64,000 nucleotides of DNA from Antedon mediterranea (taxonomy: Eukaryota; Animalia; Echinodermata), in the NCBI RefSeq assembly GCF_964355755.1, contig NC_092679.1, forward strand, positions 2,820,201 through 2,884,200, given 5' to 3'. How positions within the stretch are numbered: position 1 is the first letter of the stretch; every line of letters begins with the position of its first letter. This document shows positions 52,161-64,000 of the stretch, one piece after another. Position numbers and translations under genes: made by a program. The notes under the pieces were generated by a model, which saw only the letters and a list, made by a program, of their open reading frames with translations, made no database searches and was not told the origin of the DNA.

Positions 52161-53744
52161 TTAGTGATGGAAACCATGATTTAGCCTATACTAATAATGA
52201 TAAACATCGCCGTAACGACCCTTGTAGTTAAAATGCATAAATAGGAACTATACAGTATAGTTAATTAAACACACTGTACCAGCATCTCCTGCACTTTTAT
52301 ATGAAGTCTCTTAAAACACAAACAATGATGACGTCATATGACCTCCACAAGATTTACTACCAATAATGTACCCAGCAAATAATTATTATAAGCTAATTAT
52401 ATCTATGCACATGTGACTGCTGATAAAAATTATATTAATATTCAGATCGTAATCTTCGGTATGTCATTATAGCCTACGATATTATGTTCTTATATCGATT
52501 TTATGTTTAAACATATTCATTAAAAATAATTTACTCATTTTTTTATACATATATTTTATTGATTTACTGTGTATTCAAGGTAATATCGTTTTTTTTAATT
52601 GCGAGAGACAATTCAAAGTTTGACCAAGACAACGTTCGTATGGTTCCTCCACCCTTCGTCCTTTCTTCCCCTCCTCCCCACCCAAAACAAGTTGGACCTC
52701 AATGTCTAACTGAAACAACGCCTTTGTTTTTACCCCGACCAAGAAATGCTATACTTGTAAGCATTTTTTTTGCACCAAAATTAGTTAGGGTTGGGCTGGA
52801 CCTATAACTAGGTTATTTAATTTTCCTTAAGAGATACATTTAATTAAATGGCCGCCAAGTCGTAAGAATACACGCAACACCGTGAACCCTGGGGAATCTT
52901 TGGTAGGCCTACACAACACAATTTAGGGGATGTTCCCTGATAAAGTTTGAAATGACCATAGTGTTAAAACATGAATCAATAAAATAGGAATTGAATCTGT
53001 CCTCCCTCTCCCCGTAATAGCCCGGATGTTCCCATTTCCCAATTGAAAAATTAAGAACTTGAAGGACTGTACTGCTTTTTGTTTTAAATTTATATTATTG
53101 GACGGACTTTAGCTCTCTGTTTTATTCTACATTAAAACTGTTCTATACTTCAAAACCATAAATCTTATGATATGGAATGTAATATCTATAACATGAGTCA
53201 TCATCTACTATAGAGAGAATAAGAATAAGACAGTATGACTGTGAATTATAATGGTATCGAAGAAAAAGAAAACACAATATATTTCTGTGATCATCCCTGA
53301 AGCTTTACAGCTAATAAGTATTCAACTAAAAATGATAATAAAACTATATAGATTAGCACTGAAATTCATAGCTTAAACTGACTGAATTTAAATGTTATCT
53401 TACCTTAGAAAGTGTTCTGATTATAATATTCTTACTTGGTATAATAACCGGTGTTTCTACTGGTTCCCACATTATCGACACAACTTCTCTCCTCCGAGAG
53501 AGGATTCGGCAATATATTTATAAATTCCACTGAATTAGGTATATTATTATGTGAGTGTGTTTGCAAGAAACAGAATGCAGCATACGACGCATGGTTCGGA
53601 GATAATCGTGTACTGCATGTGTTGATGAGCCACGGGCTAGGCCTCTTGTTTAGAATTATTGATGGGTTATGTAATAAAAATAGATCTGAGACATCGGTTT
53701 TGGTGTTGAGATGTTGATGAATGGGAATGGAGTTTTATTGAGCA

Positions 53745-54955
53745 TCTTCCCGTAGTGTGAATAGAGTTTTATTCATGGGGTAATGTGAATGGACTTTTAT
53801 TGTATTTAGTTTTATTAAATATTTCAGTGAATGGGAAGGAATTGAGATTTATTAAATATCTTAGTGAATGAGAATGAAGTTTTATTAAACATCTTGGGGT
53901 AGTGTGAATGAGACTTTGATTAAACATCTTGGGGTAGTGTGAATGAGACTTTGATTAAACATCTCGGGTAGTGTGAATGAGACTTTGATTAAATATCTTG
54001 GGGTAGTGTGAATGAGACTTTGATTAAACATCTTGGGGTAGTGTGAATGAGACTTTGATTAAACATCTCGGGTAGTGTGAATGAGACTTTGATTAAACAT
54101 CTTGGGTAGTGTGAATGAGACTTTGATTAAACATCTTGGGGTAGTGTGAATGAGACTTTGATTAAACATCTCGGGGTAGTGTGAATGAGACTTTGATTAA
54201 ACATCTCGGGGTAGTGTAAATAGGACTTTGATTAAACATCTTGGGGTAGTGTAAATAAGACTTTGATTAAACATCTTGGGGTAGTGTGAATGAGACTTTG
54301 ATTAAACATCTCGGGGTAGTGTGAATGAGACTTTGATTAAACATCTCGGGGTAGTGTAAATAAGACTTTGATTAAACATCTCGGGTAGTGTAAATAAGAC
54401 TTTGATTAAACATCTTGGGGTAGTGTGAATGAGACTTTGATTAAACATCTCGGGGTAGTGTGAATGAGACTTTGATTAAACATCTCGGGTAGTGTAAATA
54501 AGACTTTGATTAAACATCTTGTGGTAGTGTGAATGAGACTTTGATTAAACATCTTGGTGTAGTGTGAATGAGACTTTGATTAAACATCTCGGGGTAGTGT
54601 AAATAAGACTTTGATTAAACATCTTGGGGTAGTGTGAATGAGACTTTAATTAAACATCTTCGGGTAGTGTGAATGAGACTTTGATTAAACATCTCGGGGT
54701 AGTGTGAAATGAAACTTTGATTAAACATCTTGGGGTAGTGTCATAGGGAGTTTTATTAAACATCTTGGGGTAGTGTGAATGAGACTTTGATTAAACATCT
54801 TGGGGTAGTGTGAAATGAAACTTTGATTAAACATCTTGGGGTAGTGTCATAGGGAGTTTTATTAAACATCTTGGGGTAATGTGAATGGGAGTTTTATTAA
54901 ACATCTTGGGGTAGTGTGAATGGGAGTTTTATTAAACATCTTGGGGTAGTGTGTG
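53745..54955. repeat. 35-bp minisatellite, over 30 copies
   Basis: Unit AGTGTGAATGAGACTTTGATTAAACATCT(T/C)GGGGT head-to-tail with no spacers; homogeneous centre, degenerate edges. Confidence 0.97.
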
Positions 54956-55416
54956 AGAGATGGTAGTGGTGTAGATAGGAATGGACTATATTAAACAAAT
55001 TTCAAAATCTGTTAAAAATGACAGTAAAGTTCATATTCAACAGATTGTAAAGAAAGAAGTCCTGAAAATTGAAATTAAAAGTACTTAATGGTTGGGGTTT
55101 TTTCAGATCCATCGTAAAGATATATATAAAACCAAGATAACTAACAACATAGCTTCCATTTGTTTGATTCTTTTTAATATGGGTAAATTATTGTAGTTTG
55201 AATTTCGATACTACCACATTTTGCATACTGCGCCCTCAAGTTATTGGATTTAAAAACTTAATTTATAATTCTTCTGTGAGGAATACCAGCCAATCTTACA
55301 CATACAGTACTAAATATACTGACGTTTAAAATATGAATTGAAGCTAATTGTTCCCCTGAAAATGATGTTAACAATATTTGTAAGCCAAATATACTAGGCT
55401 TACTAGTCACTCACAT

Positions 55417-55439
55417 CATGGAACTATTATAGTTCCATG
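55417..55439. mobile_element. 23-bp hairpin with 7-bp TSD (P-element-like footprint)
   Basis: CTCACAT-CATGGAACTATTATAGTTCCATG-CTCACAT. Confidence 0.75.
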
Positions 55440-56616
55440 CTCACATCCGAAACGTTAGAGAGTAAGTCGAAACAAAAAATTGATAGACCCTCAATTAAGT
55501 TATTATAAATTGTATTTGTAGTAAAATATCTATGAGATAAAAATAAAAAAATTAATTTTAGCCAGCCAGAAAGAATATTCTTTTTTTTTCTGGAACGCAA
55601 TTGAAAAATACGGTTCAGCAGAGTAATACTAAAGGGTTGTTCGGTCAGTCACTTTATAATAGGTTAAAAAGAGGTGAAAGGTCAAAGGTTCATGGAGCTG
55701 GCAAAATGAAAATGCAGCAGACGTAATAACAACAGAGTTTTTGTGTCAGGAATTTTGTGTGTTAAATTCTCATTTTCAACGTTTTTCCGATCATTGATGA
55801 GTTATTGACACACATTAGAGTGTTAATTAAATATAGTACTTCTTTTCAGGTGCTAGAAATTTAAAACTGGTACGTAAGTTTTGTTGTTCAGTTCGTTCGA
55901 GCAGCTAGCTAGCTAGGCTAGGCCTAGATTTTAGGCAGCAGACCTGAGGTTGTACCTGCGGAAATGCTGTGTTTGACGGGGTGGTTGGAGTGGCGTTACT
56001 GTTCAACGGAACATGGCTACACAGTAGCTTGGAACATGGAGGTATAACTCCGTGATCGCAGTAAATACTATTAATTGGGCCTCTGTACTTACTAATAACG
56101 CACTAATAAATCTGCTAATATAATAGAAATATATAATAATAAATCAATATATTAAATTATCATATAAATAAATTGATGAATTTACTGCTGCTGTATGTAG
56201 AGTACTGTAGGCCTAGGCAAGCCTCTCTAGGCGAGGATAAACTGGAAAAAAATATTTGCAATACGCTTTTAATTAAATATTGAGGGTGTACTGTTGGAAC
56301 TAATTCTATATTTAATATTAATATTATTGAATACTTAGAATGAAAATGTAATTGCGATGTTGCTAAAAATTAAGTTTATTTTTTATTCATTTATTTTAAA
56401 CTCTTTTTAAGGCATAACTTAAAGTTTTTTAATCTTTGTTCTATGTTTGAAAAAGTCCTACAGACTTGTCATACCAATTGTTAATGTGTTCTATTTGCAG
56501 ATAAATTGGGACCTTGAAAAGATTAGCTCATAATGAATCTTGGAAGAAAGTCAACATGATAATTACACAGTAACTTTTTTTTCCATAAGATTAAATTTAA
56601 AAAATACTGTTTCTCA

Positions 56617-58516
56617 ATGTCACTAAATTCAATATACACGACGACAACGCATTATGGGAACACTATGGTGGAAGTTAAATTAAACGTTTATGATATGGTG
56701 AGTATTATTATAATTATATTCAAATGAGTTGCTTATGTCATCAGGGGTGGATCCAGCATTATAGATTAGGGGTGTTGGGGGCAGCTAAATATTTCATATA
56801 TGATAAAAACGACCTGTCGGGTTGCAGAAAACTAAAAAGAGGCATTATTTTATTTTAAAAAGACATGGCTGTTAAATTTTATGCGGAGGAGAAGCTCAAG
56901 CCTGATTAGCCTCCACCTAAATCTGCGCCTGGTTACATTATACTTCTACAGTACCATGTGAAGAAAATGTGTTTCCCATCGTCTTTCCCAATATCCTTCT
57001 ATGTTCCCTGAAAGAATTTTACTTTTTCAGTCATTAAAATGTGGCCAAATGGCCAAACTAGTTTCTAACTAGTGTGATACGTAATAAACTAGAACATCAC
57101 ATAAATGTGTTTGAAAGGTTATCATTAACAGCTCATTCTTGTCAGTAACAAATGATTTCTTATAGTAGTGACATTTTACAGAGTATATATAATTAGTGTA
57201 AATGACTGACAGTGCATATATTAGTGCATCACAGGCATACACCAAAGCCAACCCACACAATTGATGTCTGTCTGTAATTTCAATAGCTGCTCCTTTAATT
57301 TACATCTACTCTATGTGAATTCATCCATTTCTAAGTAAATCAATAATGAAATTAACTCATAATGTGGAGTATAAAATTAATAAAAAAACTCTATGGAATC
57401 GAGAAATCCTTGAAGAGTGTAATTGCAACTCCGAGATGCAATTTATTTGGTAGTTTCCTACTTTATTTTGATAAATTAATAACAATTGACTAACAACTAT
57501 TTGAATTTAAAATTGTTCACTTGTCCAGATAAATGCAAGGTAGTACAGTGCTTTTCCATTAGTTAAGAGAGAGACCAAAATGGCACTAAAATTAAAAACC
57601 ATGTTTTAAAATTGGACCTTATATTTATTTGTGTAAGTTGAAAGAAAAACAAATTTAAAGACACCAAAATGGTACTAAAACTATGTTCTAAAATTGATCG
57701 TATATTCATTAAAATGACAAAGGAATAATAATGTCATTAAAATTTTATATCGTAACCAAAATTCTTTTGTAAAAGCATGTTTTATTTAATGTTTGTTAGA
57801 TGATAATAATAAATGGGGCTTCAATATACAGTAGCACATTATGCAAAAGCTCTATGCACTTTAACAAAAGAAATAAAAAGCAGAAAATTAAGAGAAAAAG
57901 GGGTAAAAAGGTGAACAGCCTTCAAATAAGCGATGGAAATACAGCTATACATAAACAGATACAGTACTTTTATTATCCAATATAATGCTCATGATATCTT
58001 GGCTTGCCTTAAATAAACATAAAGAAAAGGAACTATCTTACAAGTAGCCTGATAGATAAGTTTGTTCTCATTTTTTGTCATTGAACTATAAATAAACAAT
58101 TACATTAATTCTCAGAAAGAGACAATTTTGTAAAAAACATTTGTATCATTTTTTTTGGTCATACTTTATGTCATCTTTCAATGTTTTTAGTTACTTCATG
58201 CCACATTACTTCTGATTACATTTTTAATATGTGTATTCTCAGCTTTAAGATTGATCATCCCTTCCTTTAATATATTGCTTGTTATTAGGCTGAGTAGTTT
58301 TTGTTGTTATTAAATACAAGTCCTAGAAATAAAACAATTCAAAATAGTTCACAGTATAAAAATGTGCTGTTTTCTGTTATTTTAAAGTGATTTTGAATGT
58401 TTTATGAATAATTAATATTATGGAATATTTTGTTTCTTATTAGTACTGGATCAATGATTATACTACAACATTAGGCCTTGGAGTCTTCCATTCTGGTGTA
58501 GAGGTGTTTGGCAAAG
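56617..58516 (+). CDS. DESI2: Desumoylating isopeptidase 2 (PPPDE peptidase), first two coding exons; rest beyond the window
   Basis: Exon ending 56697 (ATG 56617 or 56665: [11 protein letters not shown]|gtgag) joins 58444-58516 ([24 protein letters not shown]), matching DESI2 [29 protein letters not shown] including the catalytic His. I found no further exon before 64000. Confidence 0.9.
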
Positions 58517-58982
58517 GTTGGTTTCATTTATTATTGATAACTTTTAACATACGTTTTCGTTCTGTGTTGAGACGAGTGGCCAAGTAGTAAAGCAAGTATG
58601 CCTCAGACCATAGCAATAAAATCAGTACAGGTTTTGACCATTGTTCTGGTGGTAGAAAAAGTCTTATCGGATAAGAACTTTTAAAACTGGAGGTCCAGTG
58701 TAAACATCTGACTTTTGTGTTCACTTTAAAGGACCTAGTGCATCTATCAGTAGAGGTTTGACCATAGATTTGGTGGTACAGTCAGTAGAACAAATATTCT
58801 CCAATACTGTAAGAACTTACAGTAAAACTGGAGGTCCGGTGTACACATCTAGCTTACAGTGTGAACTTTAACCTATCAGAGTATGGAGTTACCCTTGTGT
58901 ACTGGTCAATATCAGTCTTTCTCTGTCGTTCACGTTTAGTCCACGTCCGTATAGGACCTAATCTAAATTTTCTCAATTTGAG

Positions 58983-59037
58983 CATGGATGTATAAAATAA
59001 TATATAATTTGAAACAATAATATTTTATACCTCCATG
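58983..59037. mobile_element. 55-bp TIR-only remnant with 7-bp TSD (P-element-like footprint)
   Basis: ATTTGAG-CATGGATGTATAAAATA...TATTTTATACCTCCATG-ATTTGAG; 17-bp inverted ends with one mismatch. Confidence 0.75.
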
Positions 59038-60357
59038 ATTTGAGTATGAATATTTTCATACAAATACTGTACTATACAAATAAACCTGGTTCATTTGTAG
59101 AGTGTTTCACGTATGAACCAATCGTAATTAAATACCAACACTGTATCTTGTGACAGTGTACAGTATTAAGTGAAAGAAAACAATGATAAATATTGATCAT
59201 ATTCTGACAGTATACTGTACATAATGCACGTATGATTTATAAGGGTTTGTAAATGACAATCATTATTTTATTACTGGTACAACCATCATCATTCTCTGAC
59301 AGGCATTGCTGATAAAAACCAATCATCCATCAAGTAACAACAACAAAATGAATTTTACTATTGATTGTCATTTTTTTTCTAGGACAAATTATAAGCTGAA
59401 AAAAAGTATTATTTTTTGTCGAAAATGTATTTAAAATTATTATAAAAATGTAATTATAAAATGACCAAGTATAGTAATAGTATGAAATTTTGAATGATAT
59501 GATGCAAATTTGCTATAATAAGAACACATCCTGTGTAGAGCTCCAATAAACCATTATGTGGTTTTGATATACAGGAAGCCTTGTAGTCTTGTACACTTTA
59601 TGTGGCTTGCGCTAATGCCATCTTTATTTCTAATTCAATTGTAGGGGTACTGTAGCTAACAATTTTACTGTAGTCTGAAACGTTCAAACATTAGTTTTAT
59701 TTTGTTTTTTATTTAAACCATATTTTATGAGGGTGATCCATCTAGCAATTGCTGATCATTTGGGATCCTCAGAACAGATACAATAGACAATATACAACAA
59801 TAACAGTAAAGTATAAGAAAAACAAAGGGCTATAAATAAAACAAATTACATGATATTTTGATAATTAAAAATCTGTAAAAAAAAATTTGGAAGACCAGGA
59901 TTTGTAAATTTAATACTGTATAATGACTTAAGTATAATCCCATGGTAGAGTATGTAATTACATTATAAATACTTATTTTTTTTAGCAATTAACAGTATAA
60001 ATTACGAATAAATTAATTACAAAATTATATGAGAAAATTTTATAATTTGGCTTCCGTATGTCTGCTTGTTTTCTCTCACTGACAATGTACAGTAGCTCAT
60101 TGATTGTCAAACCATTTCCTATACCTGTAGTAATCTAATACTAATAGTATAATGATACTACTGTGTGAGTGTAGTGTGTCAAGGGTCACTCGAAATGTAT
60201 AGTACAATGAGATTTACCAAAGTCTTGAATTTAGCCTACTGTAAATATATTGGGGGGGGGGGCTTACATATAATCTAGCATGGGATTATACTTGGGTCAT
60301 AGACGGTAATTGTAGTAAATCCTGGTCAGGTATGTTGTTTGATCATTTTAGACTATA

Positions 60358-60548
60358 CAGTCAACTCTAAAAAAAACTCTCTAAAAACCGGAAAATCTCC
60401 CAAAACCAGACTTTTCTTGAGGCCCAAAAGGTACCAAATTCATCTTTACCATTAAAAACACATTCCAAATACCAGACTTTCCAGAAAACCAGACATACTA
60501 TAGGCCAGCCCAAAGGTGTCCGGTATTGGGAGTTCTGAGAGTTGACTG
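60358..60548. mobile_element. Tc1/mariner-pogo-type MITE
   Basis: TA-CAGTCAACTCT ... AGAGTTGACTG termini and internal AAAACCAGAC repeats. Confidence 0.7.
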
Positions 60549-61529
60549 TCTGTAATTTGTTGCCCCCTATTTGCGTTAAATCTTTCAATGTATAGTTCAT
60601 TTGAATTGGTTTCTTCTTGCCAATACAGATTTATTTTTTTTGGACATAGCTATATACAGTTAATATAAATATATATTTCTATGAAAACAACAGAGCAAAG
60701 TAACATTTCGACATATTTATTTGTTTCTTATTGAATGCATTATTTATATTAATACAAACATATTTATCACACAAAAAATTCATTTTCTTAAAAGTAACCC
60801 GTCATATTGTCATAAACATTTATTGATAAAAAAATGTTTAGTGTCTCTATAGTAAACATACATTATTCAGAACACACATCAAAAGCATTCAACTGTCACA
60901 GTGTATGTACATCATGCTCCTGGTGGTAATATATTCTTCCATCTCACTACACAACCATAAGAAAACACGTAGCTTCCCATATTGAATAATTTATTTGGTT
61001 TTTTTATGTCATTTTTATTGAATGTTGTCAGCGTCGTTGTGCATACCAATGATCTTACTATCCAGTTAGGTTTTTCTATTGCAGTTTTTCAACTTTTAAG
61101 TCAATTTTATTTTATGATGAACTTGTGTACTGTATATTTTACCGGTACTGTAAAGTGTCAACTTCGTGTACAGTACTTCTTTGAAATTTCAAAATAATGG
61201 AAATCATCATTTTATTAAATTGTTATCAATAATGAGCTCTTTACAATGGAAATAATATTTCTAAATTTTAAATATATTTTTTTGTATTGTTATTAGTTTA
61301 AGTAATGTTATTGTTTTGTGCTAGTGCTATGTATTTTTTGTTAATGGTTTTCCATATAAATTCAAATCAAACAGCTTATTCCTCCCCTATGTCCAGAATG
61401 GTATAGACTGCTCACCTTTCCTTTTACAGTACTTACAGACTTTACTTTTATCAAATCATAATGTTTTTTTCCTCTTAATTTAAATTTTCATCATTATTTA
61501 ATTAAACATCATACCTGTAGTAGAAGTAC

Positions 61530-64000
61530 ATTGTTTATTTATAGGAGTTACTTAGAGTAGTGAGTAAACAATTTAAAAGGGTAGAATTAGTATCAGTAGT
61601 AAATAAGGCCAGCAGAGTTATCGGTGTAGAAGTGAAACCTTTAGGGCAATTCCATGCAAACATGGACATGACCAAAAAAATTCAAATTAATTAGTCAGCT
61701 CAAAATTTGTGTTTATGTTACTCTTTGAATATGTGGGAACTAGGTTTTTAACTTTTTCAATTCATTTATGACTTTTTGCAGCCAAAAAATTACGTTTATT
61801 CAATGTTGAATATATATTTTTTTTTAGGTGTGAAAAATAGGTAATTACGTTAACTGATTATTATTTTCCCAATAAAGCAATATTTATAAAGTAACATGTC
61901 TAAGTAATACGGTAGTACACTTAAGATGTATGGAAAATATGATATAACTACAAATGTTGAATATCCCATAGAAGGCTGTGTATATTCTGTTATATATTAG
62001 GGTATGTAATGCGAGTGACAAAAAAAATGATTTTTTTTTTTTATACCATCATGATGATAATTTTTTTTAATGAAATTTTATAATTTAGCTATACTACTTT
62101 GAACAATTAAAATTTGACAAATAAAAATAAAAAATCCCCGTAAATACAAAATTGCTGAGACATTGAAAAGTGAAATGCGAGTGACATGTAATGCGAGTGA
62201 CGTTAAAAAATGGACAATGTAATGCGAGTGACATTACTAAAACTCTTTTTTTTGTAAAGTAAAATAGTAATTAATCTATCATTAGTTATGAATTAGTCCC
62301 AGAATTAGTATATACATTAATTTCATAATACAATGTGTGATTTGGCCCTTATTTGGAGGCACTACAGTATAATAATTATAGCATTAGGTTTGTTGAGGGC
62401 ACAATCCCTAGCAACGACCTTTTTGCAGTTAAATCATTTGAAAAATCAATCATTATAAGAGCTCATTAAATAAAAAACACTAAATCTGGTGAGATTTAAC
62501 AAATTTGGTACAATCTTTTGTGAAGATAAGAAGGTAAGAATAAGTATACATTTATATTTAATCACAATTTTTAAGTTTTTTTTTCTTATATTGTTAGTGT
62601 TAATTATTTCAAATTCTATAATTTGAAAACACCGCATAGGCCTAGGCTATAATAAGTTATTTATATATTATTATTTATATATTATTATTTACTAGGCATA
62701 TTTTACACCACCAGGTCTAAAGCATTGTAGTTTTAAAAACAAAATATATAATTGCTTATTATTTAAAAATAATTTTAAAATATCATTCACATTTGCATCC
62801 TGCCTTTAGAAATGGCCGAACGACAGAGAAAGTACCTAGAAAAACTGAAAGCCGAGGGAAAATACACCTCATACAGAAACAAACAAAATGAAATTTCGAA
62901 AAGAAGTAAAAAAGTAAAAGAAAAGAGAAAATTCTAGCTCTGCCACCAGCTTTGAAGAAGCAGAAGATTGATGCTCTTAAAGTTGCTAATAGAAAACGTG
63001 TGGCTATTAGTTCAGAGCAAAGAAGGCTGCTTTGGCATCAGACGGGCCATCACCTTTTAGAAGTGCTATGGCTTTGCTAAAGCCACTACCAGGGCAAAAA
63101 GAATGCTTGATGCTGGTTTGCGAAGAACTTTGAGTTCCATAATTTGTAAAATGGCTGTTTGAATTTTCTATTTTCATTTTTAGTGACCGTATAAGTGTTC
63201 TGTTACTGTGTTTGTAAAAAATCAAGATATTCTGTTAGTGTTAAAAATAGATGATGTCATAGAACTTCATCCAAATGAGTTGAAATAAAAGTTTTTACTT
63301 GAAAATTGATATAACATTCTTTGAGTGGTTTAATGTTGCATTATTTAATTATTGTCTACTTTTCTTTCTGCTTTGTTTAGTAAATACTAAGTTCATTTCT
63401 TACGGTAATGCGAGTGACAGTAATGCGAGTGACGGGACTTTTTTGTTAAAATGTAAAATATTTTTAAAATCTATGTAATGTTGAATTTTTTTTATTATCC
63501 TATTTTATACTTTAAAAGTACAGTAATTAAAAATATAAGATCTTTTGATTCATATATTTTTAGTTTAAGGACACGTTCTTATCAAATCTAATCAAATTTT
63601 TGTTGTGTCCTTTTTGTGTAATGCGTGTGACAGAATTTCGCAATGGCGTCATTGTCGAAGTAAAAGACATACAATTTTTTTTATAGTATTTTATTAAAGA
63701 CTTGCACCTAAAGTATGTTCATATAAAACATTGACTTAAAAATCCAATTAGTATAGAAAGTACAAAGCTTAGACTAACAAAAATGACTGTAATGTGTAAT
63801 GCGAGTGACCATGGAATTGCCCTTTAGATGAAATGTTTAATACATTCATACTTCAGAAATTTGACACAATTATGCAAGACCCATCACATCCATTACATTC
63901 AGACATCATTATAAGTAGATCAGGAAGGGTTAGACTGACACAGAAAAAAATATCCACAAACCGTTTCAGAGTTTCACCAATGTACATAGCATGCAATTTA
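61530..64000 (+). mobile_element. Rex1/Babar- or L2-like LINE 3' remnant, split by the 61644-63822 transposon
   Basis: Joined flanks read RVELVSVVNKASRVIGVEVKPLDEMFNTFILQKFDTIMQDPSHPLHSDIIISRSGRVRLTQKKISTNRFRVS; DPSHPLH...SGR...TNRF is typical of these LINE C-termini. Confidence 0.75.
61644..63822 (+). mobile_element. 2.2-kb non-autonomous DNA transposon (Sola2- or Kolobok-like) in a DESI2 intron
   Basis: 13-bp TIRs GGGCAATTCCATG / CATGGAATTGCCC, TTTA duplicated at 61640-61643 and 63823-63826, eight direct copies of (T)GTAATGCGAGTGAC, and a decayed basic ORF at about 62812-63120. Confidence 0.88.

Noticed and set aside
53745-54955. 35-bp repeat array as a CRISPR
   Set aside because: Units are head-to-tail with no unique spacers, there are no cas genes, and the context is eukaryotic.

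Overview
AT-rich eukaryotic (metazoan, probably invertebrate) genomic DNA with GT-AG spliced genes; not prokaryotic, and I see no CRISPR array, rRNA or intact tRNA. Six genes can be spliced by hand: the 3' part of syntaxin-5 (+), a complete 13-exon MOK kinase (+), DNPH1 (-) head-to-head with MAD2L1BP/p31comet (+), a bestrophin (-) whose first coding exon is not adjacent, and the 5' part of DESI2 (+). Introns and intergenic DNA are packed with Harbinger-type MITEs (two families, roughly 15 copies each), other MITEs, LINE remnants (RTE, L1/Tx1, L2/CR1, Rex1-like), a tRNA-derived SINE and minisatellites. Four observations stand out. (1) Tiny 20-55 bp CATGGA...TCCATG hairpins, each with a perfect 7-bp target duplication, that look like P-element excision footprints. 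(2) Several ATG-bearing phase-0 mini-exons upstream of bestrophin, suggesting variable first exons. (3) A 14-copy array of an exon end plus splice donor in MOK, one of three splice-site duplications in the window. (4) A 2.2-kb TIR element whose removal restores the reading frame of the LINE it interrupts. All coordinates were counted by eye; repeat boundaries may be off by a few bases.
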